From Chara braunii (Eukaryota; Plantae; Charophyceae), in NCBI GenBank assembly GCA_003427395.1, contig BFEA01000031.1, forward strand, positions 2,138,835 to 2,187,071: a DNA stretch of 48,237 nucleotides, written 5' to 3'. Made by a program: the position numbers and the translations under genes. Positions 11,414 to 22,067 of the stretch are shown here, piece after piece. Position 1 is the first letter of the stretch. Each line of letters opens with the position of its first letter. The notes below the pieces were generated by a model. The model had not been told where the DNA came from, searched no databases, and worked only from the letters and a program-made list of their open reading frames with translations.

Positions 11414-13196
11414 TTATTATAAAAGGATAGTCAGCTGGCTAAGTCTTGTCAAAATTGGACCACTGCCTTTTAGACTGTGACACTAAGTCTTGTTAAACCG
11501 CAAGTACCTATGCTCACCTAACAAGTCAGAAAAAAGTACAAGAGTAAACCCCACACTCTCCTCTTCACGATGGCTGAGAGACCCTTTGTTTTTTCTTTCC
11601 ACTCCACGAGAATAACACTCTTCCTGCAAGCGAAGAACACTCCCCGTGCAAATGAAGAAAACTCCCGTCCAAGAGAAGAGCACTCCACGTGCACTTCCCT
11701 TGCTATGTTCTGAGCAACGTGTGCTGCAAAAGACAGAGTCTGAAGACCTCTCTCGAGGGGGTTTGTTGGCCCTCAGCATTTTGCTCCTGATTCCAAAGCT
11801 TGATATGTATGTCTCTTTCCGAAGCTTGATATACAAACCCTTCTTCCCGAAAGCAACCAATCCGCGAAACAGAGTCTGTTCTCGATCAGGGTATAATACA
11901 TCCTACTGTCAACCAGTTTTAACGAAGGGTTTAACCAGTTTTAACGAAGGGTTTTCTGAGGGTGTGAACCCTATGGTGTCTTCTGTGGGTGTGATACACT
12001 TGCCGTTTGCCTTGGTCATCCGCCACTTCCAGCGGTCTTCGTCACAGTGCAGTGTGCCCTCAAATCGTGTCTCCATATCTCCTTTTGCCTCCATTCATGT
12101 TTTGATTGTGCTCGCCTGTTTTTCTTTGGATGGTCCTAATGCAGCGATGTTTCCAGGTCACCCAAGAAGTCTTTCGATGAGTTCAAAATTCAGTGCTCCG
12201 AATGTGGCCAGTCTGTTAGAAATTTTGGTGGCATAATGATGTCAGTTGGGAAAGGGGAATCAGTGGAGATGACCCGAGAGGTTAACTGTGATGCCTTGTT
12301 GAATCCCTCTGTTGCCTGCGTATAGCGAAAAAGAGGCAGATGGGAGGGTGTCTATCCATGAGTGTCTCGATATGCAAGTCGTGAATACATTGGCAATTAT
12401 TGACCCATGTTAGAGATGGTGCTCCTGTTGTTTGGCTTCAGCTTGCCATTGTACTGTCTGCTTCTTCTACTCAACGTTTCCTACATTGCGCCTTCCCCCT
12501 CCTTCTTCTTACCTTCATTTGCTACTTTCCTCCTCCTCTCCTCCTCCATGCATCTCTTCCTCTACTCCTCTAGTGTTGCATTCCTCCTTGCTCTTCTCTC
12601 GTGCCCCACTCATGCTCTTCGTTGGCTTGTCTCTTGCCTCTCTCTGCTCCTCTGTCATTCCTCTTGTGCTCGTTTATTTTTTTTTGTACTCATCCTATAC
12701 TGCTTTCTCACTCCTTTTCATGCCGCTGTTTGCATTCTTCTCCGACTGTTCTCGTCCTTACTTCCCTATCCTCTGCCACTTCTTTTCTCTCCTAGTCATA
12801 TCCTTCAAGCCTCAGTCTCCCCAGTCTTTCTTCTATCTTTTCAATTCCCTTTCTCTCCTCCACTCCTCCTGAGGCTCCTTATCCATGCATCTCTCCTATG
12901 CTACTCCCTCACTTATTTTGTTGTATGCTTTTCTCCTTTAAACCACCAGTACCTACCGGTTGTCAAGGCCCGACCCTAGAGCTACCGGTAGGCCTAGCCT
13001 ACAGCTACCGTGACGAGCCTATACGTACCGGTCCTTTGCGAACATCGAAATATGTAAACAAGGAATGTGAACAAAATCAAAAGTAAAACAAACAAAAAAA
13101 CAAAGAAAAAAACAAAAAAAAGAAAAAAAAGAAAAAAAAAGTAAGAAAAAGGGCTGCATTGCGCCATGTGTGTGTGTGTGTGTGTGTGTGTGTGAG

Positions 13197-13268
<72 letters not shown>

Positions 13269-13521
13269 NNNNNNNNNNNNNNNNNNNNNNNNNNNNNNNN
13301 NNNNNNNNNNNNNNNNNNNNNNNNNNNNNNNNNNNNNNNNNNNNNNNNNNNNNNNNNNNNNNNNNNNNNNNNNNNNNNNNNNNNNNNNNNNNNNNNNNNN
13401 NNNNNNNNNNNNNNNNNNNNNNNNNNNNNNNNNNNNNNNNNNNNNNNNNNNNNNNNNNNNNNNNNNNNNNNNNGTAGCTGAAAATTCAGGAATGAAAATT
13501 GTGAAGTGAGAGTTTTGGGCA

Positions 13522-13757
13522 GTCTGAAAATCCTGAATGGTCCTGAAGTGGTGAAAGGTCCGAAGACCATGAAAGCCACCCCTTACCACTTGCGGATGCA
13601 GCCTGCCTAAACAGGTGGTTTTCAGGGTCTTCGGAGCTTTCACCACTTCAGGACTGTTCAGGATTTTCAGACCTAAATGGTCCTGAAGTGGTGAAAGTTT
13701 GAAGACCCTGAAAACCACCTGTTTAGGCAGGCTGCATCCTGAAGTGGTGAAGGGTGT
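13522..13757. repeat. Three-arm foldback repeat
   Basis: 13522-13580 is the imperfect reverse complement of 13613-13672, and 13578-13652 is the imperfect reverse complement of 13677-13757. Confidence 0.8.
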
Positions 13758-13811
13758 CCTGAAGTGGTGATGAAAAATATGACTGCACGGACTGCCGCGG
13801 CTAACTAGCCG

Positions 13812-13893
<82 letters not shown>

Positions 13894-13900
13894 TGCGCGT

Positions 13901-14121
13901 GTTGTGAAGTGCAAAACGAGAATGAAGCTTGACGCATTCGGGGCAATATTCAGTCTCGATTTGCAAAATGGAATCACGTGTTAGCGCTGAGGCGCATTCT
14001 CGTTCTCGAAAACGGAATTGCGGAGAGAGAAGAGAGAGAGAGAGAGAAAACGAGAACGAGAATGAGAATGAATCTTTGTAGCGAATGGGCCAAGATTCAT
14101 TCTCGTTTTGCACTTCACAGC
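13901..14121. mobile_element. MITE with 31-bp TIRs between (CT)n and (GA)n tracts
   Basis: gttgtgaagtgcaaaacgagaatgaagcttg / caagattcattctcgttttgcacttcacagc, 2 mismatches. The same end recurs at 28999-29034. Confidence 0.8.
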
Positions 14122-14456
14122 GAGAGAGAAAGAGAGAGAGAGAGAGGACTGGCGAGCTGCACGGATTGCCGCGGCTAACTCGCCGGGTTTCTCTCTCTCT
14201 CTCTCTTTGTTTTTCTTTTTTCTTTTTTTTTGAGAACCTAAGATTTCCTTTTCTTTTTTGTTGGGGGGGGGCTTTTTTTTTTTTTTTTTTTTTTTTTTTT
14301 GGGAAACGAAAAGGTCGTGCCGGGAGCTACCGGGCGTTCTCCTGGCCGACCCCCGAAAGTCCCGATCGTTAACGCGCCGATACTTTTTTTTATTCGTGGG
14401 CGAGGTACTGGTGGTTTAATAATTTACTTCTTGCTGTATGCTTTTTTCCCTTTTAA

Positions 14457-14849
14457 CCCACCAGTCCCCCTAACGTCAGAAACCTCGGGGTTACCGGTAC
14501 ACCGTTTCACGATAGGTATGGGCAGCACAGAGTGGAAAAATGGGCGGGCCTCAAAAATGAAATTTGCAGCAAAAATCGAAAATGCACAGAATCGGCGCGG
14601 CGAATATTTTGCCGTCAAAATGCTCTTTTTTTATTTTTTCTGATAGTTTTCCTTGAAAGATCACGACCTAATCTACGGACCCTCCAATTTTCAGACAGTT
14701 TGATGAATTCCTCTGAGCACGAAAAATCGGCAAAGTTGCCGCTTGAAAATGGCGGGATTCGGCCCGCTGGTGATGAACGGTCGCCCCCCCCCCGTACAAT
14801 CCGGCCCTAACTCACAGGGGCTGAGGTTTTCGGCAACGGGGGGACTGGT
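14457..14849. mobile_element. TTAA-flanked TIR element, copy 2
   Basis: TTAA|cccaccagtccccc ... gggggactggt|TTAA. Right TIR is 3 bp short. Confidence 0.75.
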
Positions 14850-14853
14850 TTAA

Positions 14854-15689
14854 ACCACCACTACCTTTCTCAGTGTTGGGAAAATGGGAATATATGTCAC
14901 ACCGCATTTTTAGGATGTCCCGAGGAGGCTCGGGCAAAAGAATATGTATGGGCCTTGTGGGCCCGCGTCAGAAAAGTAATACGAAAAAAAAACAAAGCAA
15001 AGGAAGGATGTGGGGAAGGCTGTGATTACGTTGTGCTCGCATAAATACTTAGAACAACGTATCCGCCCACAAACGGGGCGAGTTTCAGGTTTAGATTTTT
15101 TGTTTTTGTTTTTCTTTTGATTGTTTTGTTTCAATGCCCTGCCAGTGAGGAAGGGCGCATTCCACGGGCCCTGACACTTAGTGACAGAGGGCACACACAC
15201 TAGTGTTGCTGATGATTTATCTACCTGCTATCGTGTCCTTAGGGTAGCTTCACTTCCTTTCTTTTTTCTTTTTTCTTTTTCTTTTCATTGTTCTGTTTCA
15301 ATGCCCTGCCAGTGAGGCGGGGCACATTCCATGGGTCCTGACACTTAGTCAAGGAGGGCACACACACACACACTAGTGCTCCTGATGATGTATCTACCCG
15401 CTATCCTGTCCATAGGGTAGTTTCACTTGGTTTTCTTTTTTGCTTGTTCGTGGACCTGACTGTGCCGTGCCGTTGTAACGATGGTTGTTTCCTTGTTTTG
15501 CCTTTTTTTTTTTCCACTTGTTCGCGGATTTCGCCGCCTCTTTTCATTTTTGAATGCTACGGTTGGTTCTTTTCTTTTTTTGGGGGGCAAGAGTACCAAA
15601 AAAAAAGCGAAATTGGACCTTGGCTCGGCAGAACTCGGCTCGCAGTGAAAATCAGGGTCGGTAAAAACAGGCTTGGAGGTAGTGGTGGT
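14854..15689. mobile_element. TTAA-family TIR element, copy 3
   Basis: TTAA|accaccactacct ... aggtagtggtggt, right TTAA absent. Both subterminal regions match copy 4 in inverted orientation. Internal two-copy tandem repeat at about 15120-15428. Confidence 0.8.
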
Positions 15690-15943
15690 CCTTCTTGCTT
15701 TGTCCCGCCCCCTTCTCTCTTGTTCTTGTGAAAACAAAACCACCACTGCTCTGAACGTCCATTGTTTGGAGAGCTCTGTTGCTGGATCTTCTGGGATGAT
15801 CTAGTCAACGATTACGGGGTCAAATTCCCACAAGGTTAGAATGCATGGTCTCGTTCGATGAGGAAAGGAATGCGGTCGAGTGAGGAAACCAGAAGTACTT
15901 TCTTTGACACTATGTTTGCATTTTTTTCGCCTGTGTTGTCCAG

Positions 15944-16151
15944 GATTTTTTCCGAAACTTCATTACCATCATCCTGTTTGCAGTTGCGGGAACTGTGGTA
16001 TCTGCTCTTGTATTCGGGCTGTTGATCTATGCGCTCTATGAGATTGGCTTTGTGAGCCATATGGATAAAAATTCACCTCTTCTGGAGGCCATGATGTTTG
16101 GCTCATTGATTTCTGCAATTGACCCAGTGGCAACCCTTTCAATTTTCCAAG
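15944..16151 (+). CDS. NHX: Na+/H+ exchanger exon 3
   Basis: CAG|DFFRNFITIILFAVAGT...FGSLISAIDPVATLSIFQ G|GTAGAG, phase 0 to 1. Confidence 0.97.
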
Positions 16152-16820
16152 GTAGAGTTCACTCTTCCCGCCTCCACGATGGAACCCTATGCCGATGCTC
16201 AAGCTATGTGCAGCTCAGGAGCCTCACCCTGCCTCTGTTAATGGTCATGTCATGACCTCAGTAAAACCCTTTGGGTCACTGCTTCCCACACTGTTTGGAG
16301 TGACTCTGTCTGCTGGCTGACCGGAGTCCAATGTGGTGTGCCTTGCCTCAATGTGAAAAGCTGAACAAAAATGAGCACTGCATCTTTCCACCTGCTAGCT
16401 GTAGATTGACCAGTTGTTTATGGTGCTTGGTGATTGTTTTTGGCGGTGGGTTCTGTCAGTTCCTGCTTTTACTTTTGTCTCTCTTTTCCGTTTCTTATCC
16501 AGCTGGCAGCCCCTCTGTCCGCACTGCGCTGAGCACAGTGAATGTAGGCTGATGTGGCAGGTTTCTCGGCTAGTGGATGGGGATCTGAACAGCGGTGGTC
16601 AAAGGGGTCATGACACCGGAATGGTCATTGTAAGCAAGCCGTCTCTTTTTGCACGATGCATACGGTGGTCGCATTTAAGAACCTCAGCTTCTAAGTCGTT
16701 GGATGGGGCCCACATTAGAAGCCCAATATGCATTGAGTCAGTTGTCAGGAGGAGGAAAAAGCTGCTATGATTCTGTGCCTGGTGGTGCAGACTGTCTTTT
16801 GCTTAGTGCCTCGTTTACTG

Positions 16821-17360
16821 TCAGGAGAGCCACCTGATCTGGCAAACTGGAAAACTTTGGTGGTTGGAAATTGTTGCAAAATCTCTAGCGCCCATTGCAC
16901 TTCGTGTCCAGCATGTCTTGCTGCACTTCGTGCCTGGAGCTGTGATGCAAGCCCCCTGGCACTTATACGAGATGAGGTGGCTCGAAGAGCGGTCGTTTTC
17001 GGGGAAGCATACCCTGCAGCCCTTCAGCCTTGTGCACTTGGGGAAGCACGCGAATGCATGCTGGCCTTCGACTACAAACACTTTCAACATCCATCACTCC
17101 TGTGCAAACTGGATTGAAAGTAAATCACGACTGATAGGAAACCTGGGAACCAAACTCGTATTGGAGTATCACAACAGCATACGTTATGAAAACGAGAAAA
17201 AAATTGTCCACTTGAAACTGTGCTGACCATCCCCCGAGAAACTAAGTGAAAACACCACAGTAAAGTGCCATACTGGCTTCTCTTTCCTTTCAGGTTCTAA
17301 AAATAGCCCTGCTGCTTCTTCCTGTCATTCAAACCTCATGAATGCGGGAGTAGTCGAAAA
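16821..17360 (-). pseudogene. Probable decayed Fanzor/TnpB-like RuvC nuclease C-terminal remnant
   Basis: Ordered degenerate motifs: RAIFRT*KEREASMA, SFSGDGQ, VFVVEGQHAFACFPKC (cf. VDExxTSxxCPxC), KCSKTCWTRSAMGARDF (cf. CxxxWxRDxNAARNI). Stops and frameshifts present; catalytic residues mutated. Confidence 0.5.
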
Positions 17361-18304
17361 GCTTGCTACTACCTCGCTATGTTTGTTCAATCGATTCTAC
17401 CAAAGCAATGGCCTATGAGGTCCTACACGGCTGAGAGTTCTAGGTGTCCAGGTCCTATGTGTCTAGGGACAGCTAAAAGTGCCTGTACTCCCCCCACGTT
17501 TGAGATCTTGAATTCGTGATAACAAAGCGCCGCGTATACACTGAGCTTCGCCCTTCACTGACCATTTTGTGTTTTTCCAATTTCGTACTTTGCGCAATGC
17601 TTTACGAGGCCCAGTAGAAGAGGGCAATTCATAGATAGCATCCACAATCACATCTGGCCAGCAGCAAACTTGGAAAACAGCAGGAGTAGAAAAAACCCAC
17701 AGTTACCTCGTAATTGGGGTAGGTGTCGGGTTCGAATCCTGCCTGAGCCCAATAGCCTGGCTGTGCATGGTGTTAGAGCAATGATGGGAAAACTGTGTGC
17801 TGCGTTGCTGTTGAAGGGGTGAACTGTGCCCCTGAGCTTTGTTATGTAAAGGGGCATTGGGAGGGGTAGTCTGGGGCAGTATATGGCTAATGTATGCGTG
17901 GGAGGTTGAAGTTGCAGTTGATTATCTACTTAGTTGGCTGAGTATACTTTCCGAGTCTGGAAAGTCCCAGCCTGCAGCGCACTCGGAGAAAATTCAGGAA
18001 GTACATAAATTTGGGATGATTCCAAGAGTCGGTCACCTTCTCCAGCTATGCTTGAAGGAGGGGTGGGAGAGGCATCCAAGGATTTCTTCTTCTGCTTCTT
18101 TTTTTTTAATTTTAAAATTTTAACGTTTTGATTGCAATGAGAAAGGAAAAGTGTCAAGGTTGAGGGGGTAAAGGAGGGTTGGGGGGCGAAGAGACATTCA
18201 TTCTCTCCCAAGTTACTTCCATCTGTACCCTTTGACTTCGCTGAACTAAACGGTCCTTACTGAGCAATTGCTAAATTTTCGCTTTGGTTTTGTGATGTTC
18301 CCAG

Positions 18305-18393
18305 ATGTGTCGGCTCCGAGTTTGCTGTACAACATCGTATTTGGAGAGAGCGTTCTGAATGATGCGAGTGCCATTGTCTTGTTCCGCACATTT
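18305..18393 (+). CDS. NHX: Na+/H+ exchanger exon 4
   Basis: CCAG|(D)VSAPSLLYNIVFGESVLNDASAIVLFRTF|GTAAGT; contains the CPA1 GESxxND ion-binding motif. Confidence 0.97.
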
Positions 18394-19082
18394 GTAAGTG
18401 GAGGAATCGCCATTCTCTCCTTGCCCCCCTGTTTCCCTAAGTCTGCTGTTCCTGATATGCCTCTTCGCATAACCTCTCACTTCAGAACATCACCCTATGT
18501 CATAGCCTGTGTCATACTCTGCAAATTTAGTTCTCACTGCTACTTGAAGGGGGCATCGGAGTGGCATTGTGCAAGAGGTCATGGCCCCCTCCTTTGTTCA
18601 ACTTGTCCCATGCTCCTTTATGAAGCGGGCAAGCAGCTGCCTCTTCGTTGTGCGAATTGGTGCTTGTGTTGCTTTCATACAGTGCACCTGTGAAGCCCTG
18701 CTATGGTATGGCCTGAGACTTTTAACCAGGTAATCGAGTTGGTGTCCGTGAATGTGCAATGTGGCTGCTCCTGTAGTGAAATTTTGGCCCAATAGTGATT
18801 AGTTCTCCATTGGAATGTATTTGATCCACACATCGGTGCAAACGGCCATGTACTTTATCAGAATGCACCCGTTATTAGCCATAAGCATTTGAGAAAATAG
18901 GGTTCCCTCAATAGATATTATATGAGGTCTGTGAGCTTTGTGAGTTCTTGTGGAGCCACCGTCTTACCCTGAAAACAAGCTACATTTTATGTAGTGAATT
19001 TTGGGTAGTAGCATTTGCGAAATTCAAATTTGAGACAATGCCAAACATCGTTACCCAAGTTCAGGAGTGAAGATGGAAGGAA

Positions 19083-19107
19083 AGTAGTAGCGGTGGTGGT
19101 GGTGGTG

Positions 19108-19147
<40 letters not shown>

Positions 19148-19180
19148 CAGAAGAAGAAGAAAAGAAGAAGAAGAAGAAGA
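19083..19180. repeat. (GGT)n(AGT)n(AAG)n compound microsatellite
   Basis: Visible. Confidence 0.96.
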
Positions 19181-19381
19181 ACAGCAGGATCCCTCCTCTT
19201 GCAGACATCATCTCAAGAAAATTATAGCCTCCATTGCTTAATTAATAAACGCTCCACTTGGTATGGCTGCTAGACATGGTGCAACATCCATAGCTAGCGG
19301 GTCTTCTATGGACAATGCATCTAGTATCATGCCTCTCCTCCCCATTACCACCTTGGTTACCCTGATGTCCATGTCCAACCG

Positions 19382-19449
19382 TGTTGCATACCGTATAGGT
19401 GCAGACCAGAACAAGAACCGACCTTTCAATACAAAGTATAAGATAGCAC
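19382..19449. repeat. Left arm of a 68-bp inverted repeat pair (right arm 29961-30028); LTR-end or TIR-like (TGT...ACA)
   Basis: tgttgcataccgtataggtgcagacc...gatagcac is the reverse complement of 29961-30028 with one mismatch. The right arm runs into a gap. Confidence 0.8.
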
Positions 19450-19746
19450 AGCGGAAGACTTAGATACCAGTGATCCGAACAATCAATGTTGTAATGCAGC
19501 CCTGAACATACATCATCATCATCGTTTCATAGTGTGAATGGGTCTGGCGCTTCNCACAGGAAGACAGCGCCAGCCCAGAACATGCACAGACGAGGAGGAA
19601 GGGGATAGACGAAGAGGAGGGGGAAGATGGGAATGTCGTCAACACCAAGTCTTCGTCACAAGCCCAAATAGTCCCTCGTCGAACTGTCTGAATCCCAAAT
19701 GTCAAGTCTGGATCCAATGTCGTCAAGTCTGACATCAGGTGTGTAT

Positions 19747-19784
19747 CTGTCTCTTATACACATCTAGATGTGTATAAGAGACAG
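19747..19784. other. Nextera mate-pair junction adapter (technical artefact)
   Basis: Exact CTGTCTCTTATACACATCT+AGATGTGTATAAGAGACAG (duplicated Tn5 mosaic end). Confidence 0.99.
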
Positions 19785-20224
19785 GTACTAACCTGTGAAG
19801 TTGGCGCCTTGATGCAGGTACCACGAAGATGGAGCTGGAGCGATGGCGCCACAGGTAAGTAACACTGGCCTCCACCAGTCTCTCTCCCACTCTACGAGCT
19901 ACTACCTACCAGCGCCCAGCGCTGAATACTACAGCTACAGCTATGGCGCCCAGCGCCGAAGACTACAGCTAGCGCTACCACTACTGCCTAGCGCTGAAGA
20001 CTACTGCAGCGCTCCTCCTGAGTGCTGCGGCCCAATCCTGAAGACTCCTTCTGCCTACTGACTACCTACCCGTGAAGTGCATGGGAACCTCCTATGTACT
20101 ACGGGTGTGCCTCTTGAGGCTGCCGAAGGGAGGCAGGGGCTGCAGCTGCAGCTCCTGCTCGAGTACGTGAGGAACAGGCTATTTTGGGCCTGTTCCGCAT
20201 CCCTGTTTCCGTGCCTGAGTCTTA

Positions 20225-20452
20225 GGAGCAGGTCGAAACAATGAGGGCCTGAAAATGGCCCTCCGTTTCAGGCTGAAAACTCTGGGTCTGAAAAGACCCA
20301 GAAATAGGCTGAAACGAGGTAGGGCCTGCAGGCCCTCGTTTTTCAGCATCCAGGCTGAAATGAACGGGGCCTGTAAGCCCTAAGTTTTAGGCTTTTAGGC
20401 TGAATGTCCGGGACGGGCCCTGTAGGGCCCGTGTGGCTACGCAGTATGCCAC
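20225..20452. mobile_element. Left arm of a ~230-250-bp inverted repeat pair (right arm 28707-28955), Harbinger-like end
   Basis: tta|ggagcaggtcgaaa...gtatgccaca versus tgtggcatac...tttcgacctgccc|taa. Arms are diverged and carry internal ggccct/ctgaaa motifs. Confidence 0.7.
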
Positions 20453-21556
20453 AAACTGGCACCGCAGCAGGGGCATCCTCGATGCAGCGCCAGCTTGTTT
20501 AATAGAGATGTAGGTCCGCCTCGGCCAAAGGTCAGTCTCCTTCGCGGTTCTCACCTCTTTACTCCTTCCTCAAGTCAACCTCCATTCACTTTCACAGCCC
20601 ATCTGTAAGGTCTTCTCCCTCTATCTGCGTAGCCTAGGGCTCCTCCCACCTTCCGCTAGTAGTCATTATGTCCTCTTCCTTGCATTCATCTCCTCCTCCA
20701 CCCTCCAAGTGCTCTGTCTCGCTCTCCCTCTTGATGGAACAGCAGCATCATCGCTATGTGAATGTGGACTACTCGTTGCACTGAATGATATACTACTGTC
20801 TGGCGTCCATTGCGTATCAGTAGATTCAGTACTTGTTCTTCTGGTCGACCCTGCAAGGAATCGAACCAGCGAGGTCAGGCTCAACAGCTGCATGCCTCAA
20901 CCACTGCAAAGTGGAACCATACCGGTAGTGATATCAACCCCACCCCTGCATGGCAGCAGCATGCATACACATTCTACATAAGGCATCGCTTGAGACCCTC
21001 CTACAGAGTCTGTGGCTGACCGCTTGGCCGACTTAGGACAAGCCCACCAGAGGTCGTGCATTGTCTCAGAAACCCAGTTACACCTGGCGCATGCTTCCTT
21101 GACTGACATACCTCGTCAGTCATTTTGCCATAGGGACCGCCTGATGTGATTGAAACCAAAGCAATGAGGCCAGTTTCTGAGAGGGAAGTGTTGAGAGTTG
21201 GGACCACAACTTCTCCATTTCCTTCTCCGTTGGAGGGGAAATGTGGGGAATTTTTGCTTGCCAGCGGCTGCATACCTCTGTTGCAACTTTTCTTCCCTTT
21301 AATCTGTTCCTCCTTTGCACCCCTTTTGACATGTTGCACAGGTCCCATATTACTTCCCCTTCCAACTTCCAGCCCCATTTAGTTTGGTCAATTCCAAGTT
21401 CCGTTATGCTTCTTCCTCCTGCCTGAAGCTCATATTGTACTCTCCCTTCCTCTTTCTCTTTAGTGCACACCTTCAGTTCTGAGAGTCCAGTTGTGCTGTA
21501 CCTGGTGGTTGTCTCCACCGGCAGACCTGCAAATTTCCTCTGAAAGACCGTCATTA

Positions 21557-22067
21557 CTAGGGAGATATCCCGGGCGCCCGGGTCCCGATGTCACGCCCGG
21601 ATTGGCGACCGGGTGACCGGCCGGGCATGACCCCCGGGCATGGCCCCAGGCAGCCTCAGCGCAAAAAAAAAAAAAAAAAAAAAAAAATTCAAATCCAAAA
21701 AAATGTGAAAAAAAAAATGTTGTGTAGAATTGCAATACAAACAACTTTTGGCTGAGGGTCACATCAGAATTCCTCACAGAACTAAAGATAAAAAAGAAAA
21801 TAACCATATCACACTAAGGCACCCCCCTGTAAACCCCTTTAGCCCCTCTAAAATTCATTTACACTCCCCTTTCCCCCCCTTGACAGCCAACACTCAAAAA
21901 AAGAAAAGAGCCCGGATTTGGGCTCCTCTCGGAGAGCGCGGAAAAACCCATCCGCCTTTTTTTTTTTTTTTTTGCCATGACCAGGTCACCCGGGCGTCAG
22001 ACCCCCCCGGGCGTCATGCCCGGGTGACCGGCCGGTCCAGACCGGCCGGTCATGAGAATCTTCCTAG
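21557..22067. mobile_element. hAT-type non-autonomous element nested in the LINE
   Basis: TIRs ctagggagat / atcttcctag. Exact 8-bp TSD CGTCATTA (21549-21556, 22068-22075). GC-rich ccggg subterminal repeats. Confidence 0.92.

Larger units (their letters stand above)
12942..14415. mobile_element. TTAA-flanked non-autonomous TIR element (piggyBac-like), copy 1
   Basis: TTAA|accaccagtacct ... aggtactggtggt|TTAA, perfect 13-bp TIR. Contains microsatellites, a gap and nested repeats. Confidence 0.8.

Noticed and set aside
15120-15428. snoRNA or hammerhead ribozyme pair (CTGATGA in each tandem unit)
   Set aside because: No properly placed GAAA/stem II or D box was found; treated as an internal repeat of the TTAA element.
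17706-17751. tRNA gene or SINE (B-box GGTTCGAATCC at 17729-17739)
   Set aside because: No A-box, D-arm or matching acceptor stem; at most a decayed fragment.
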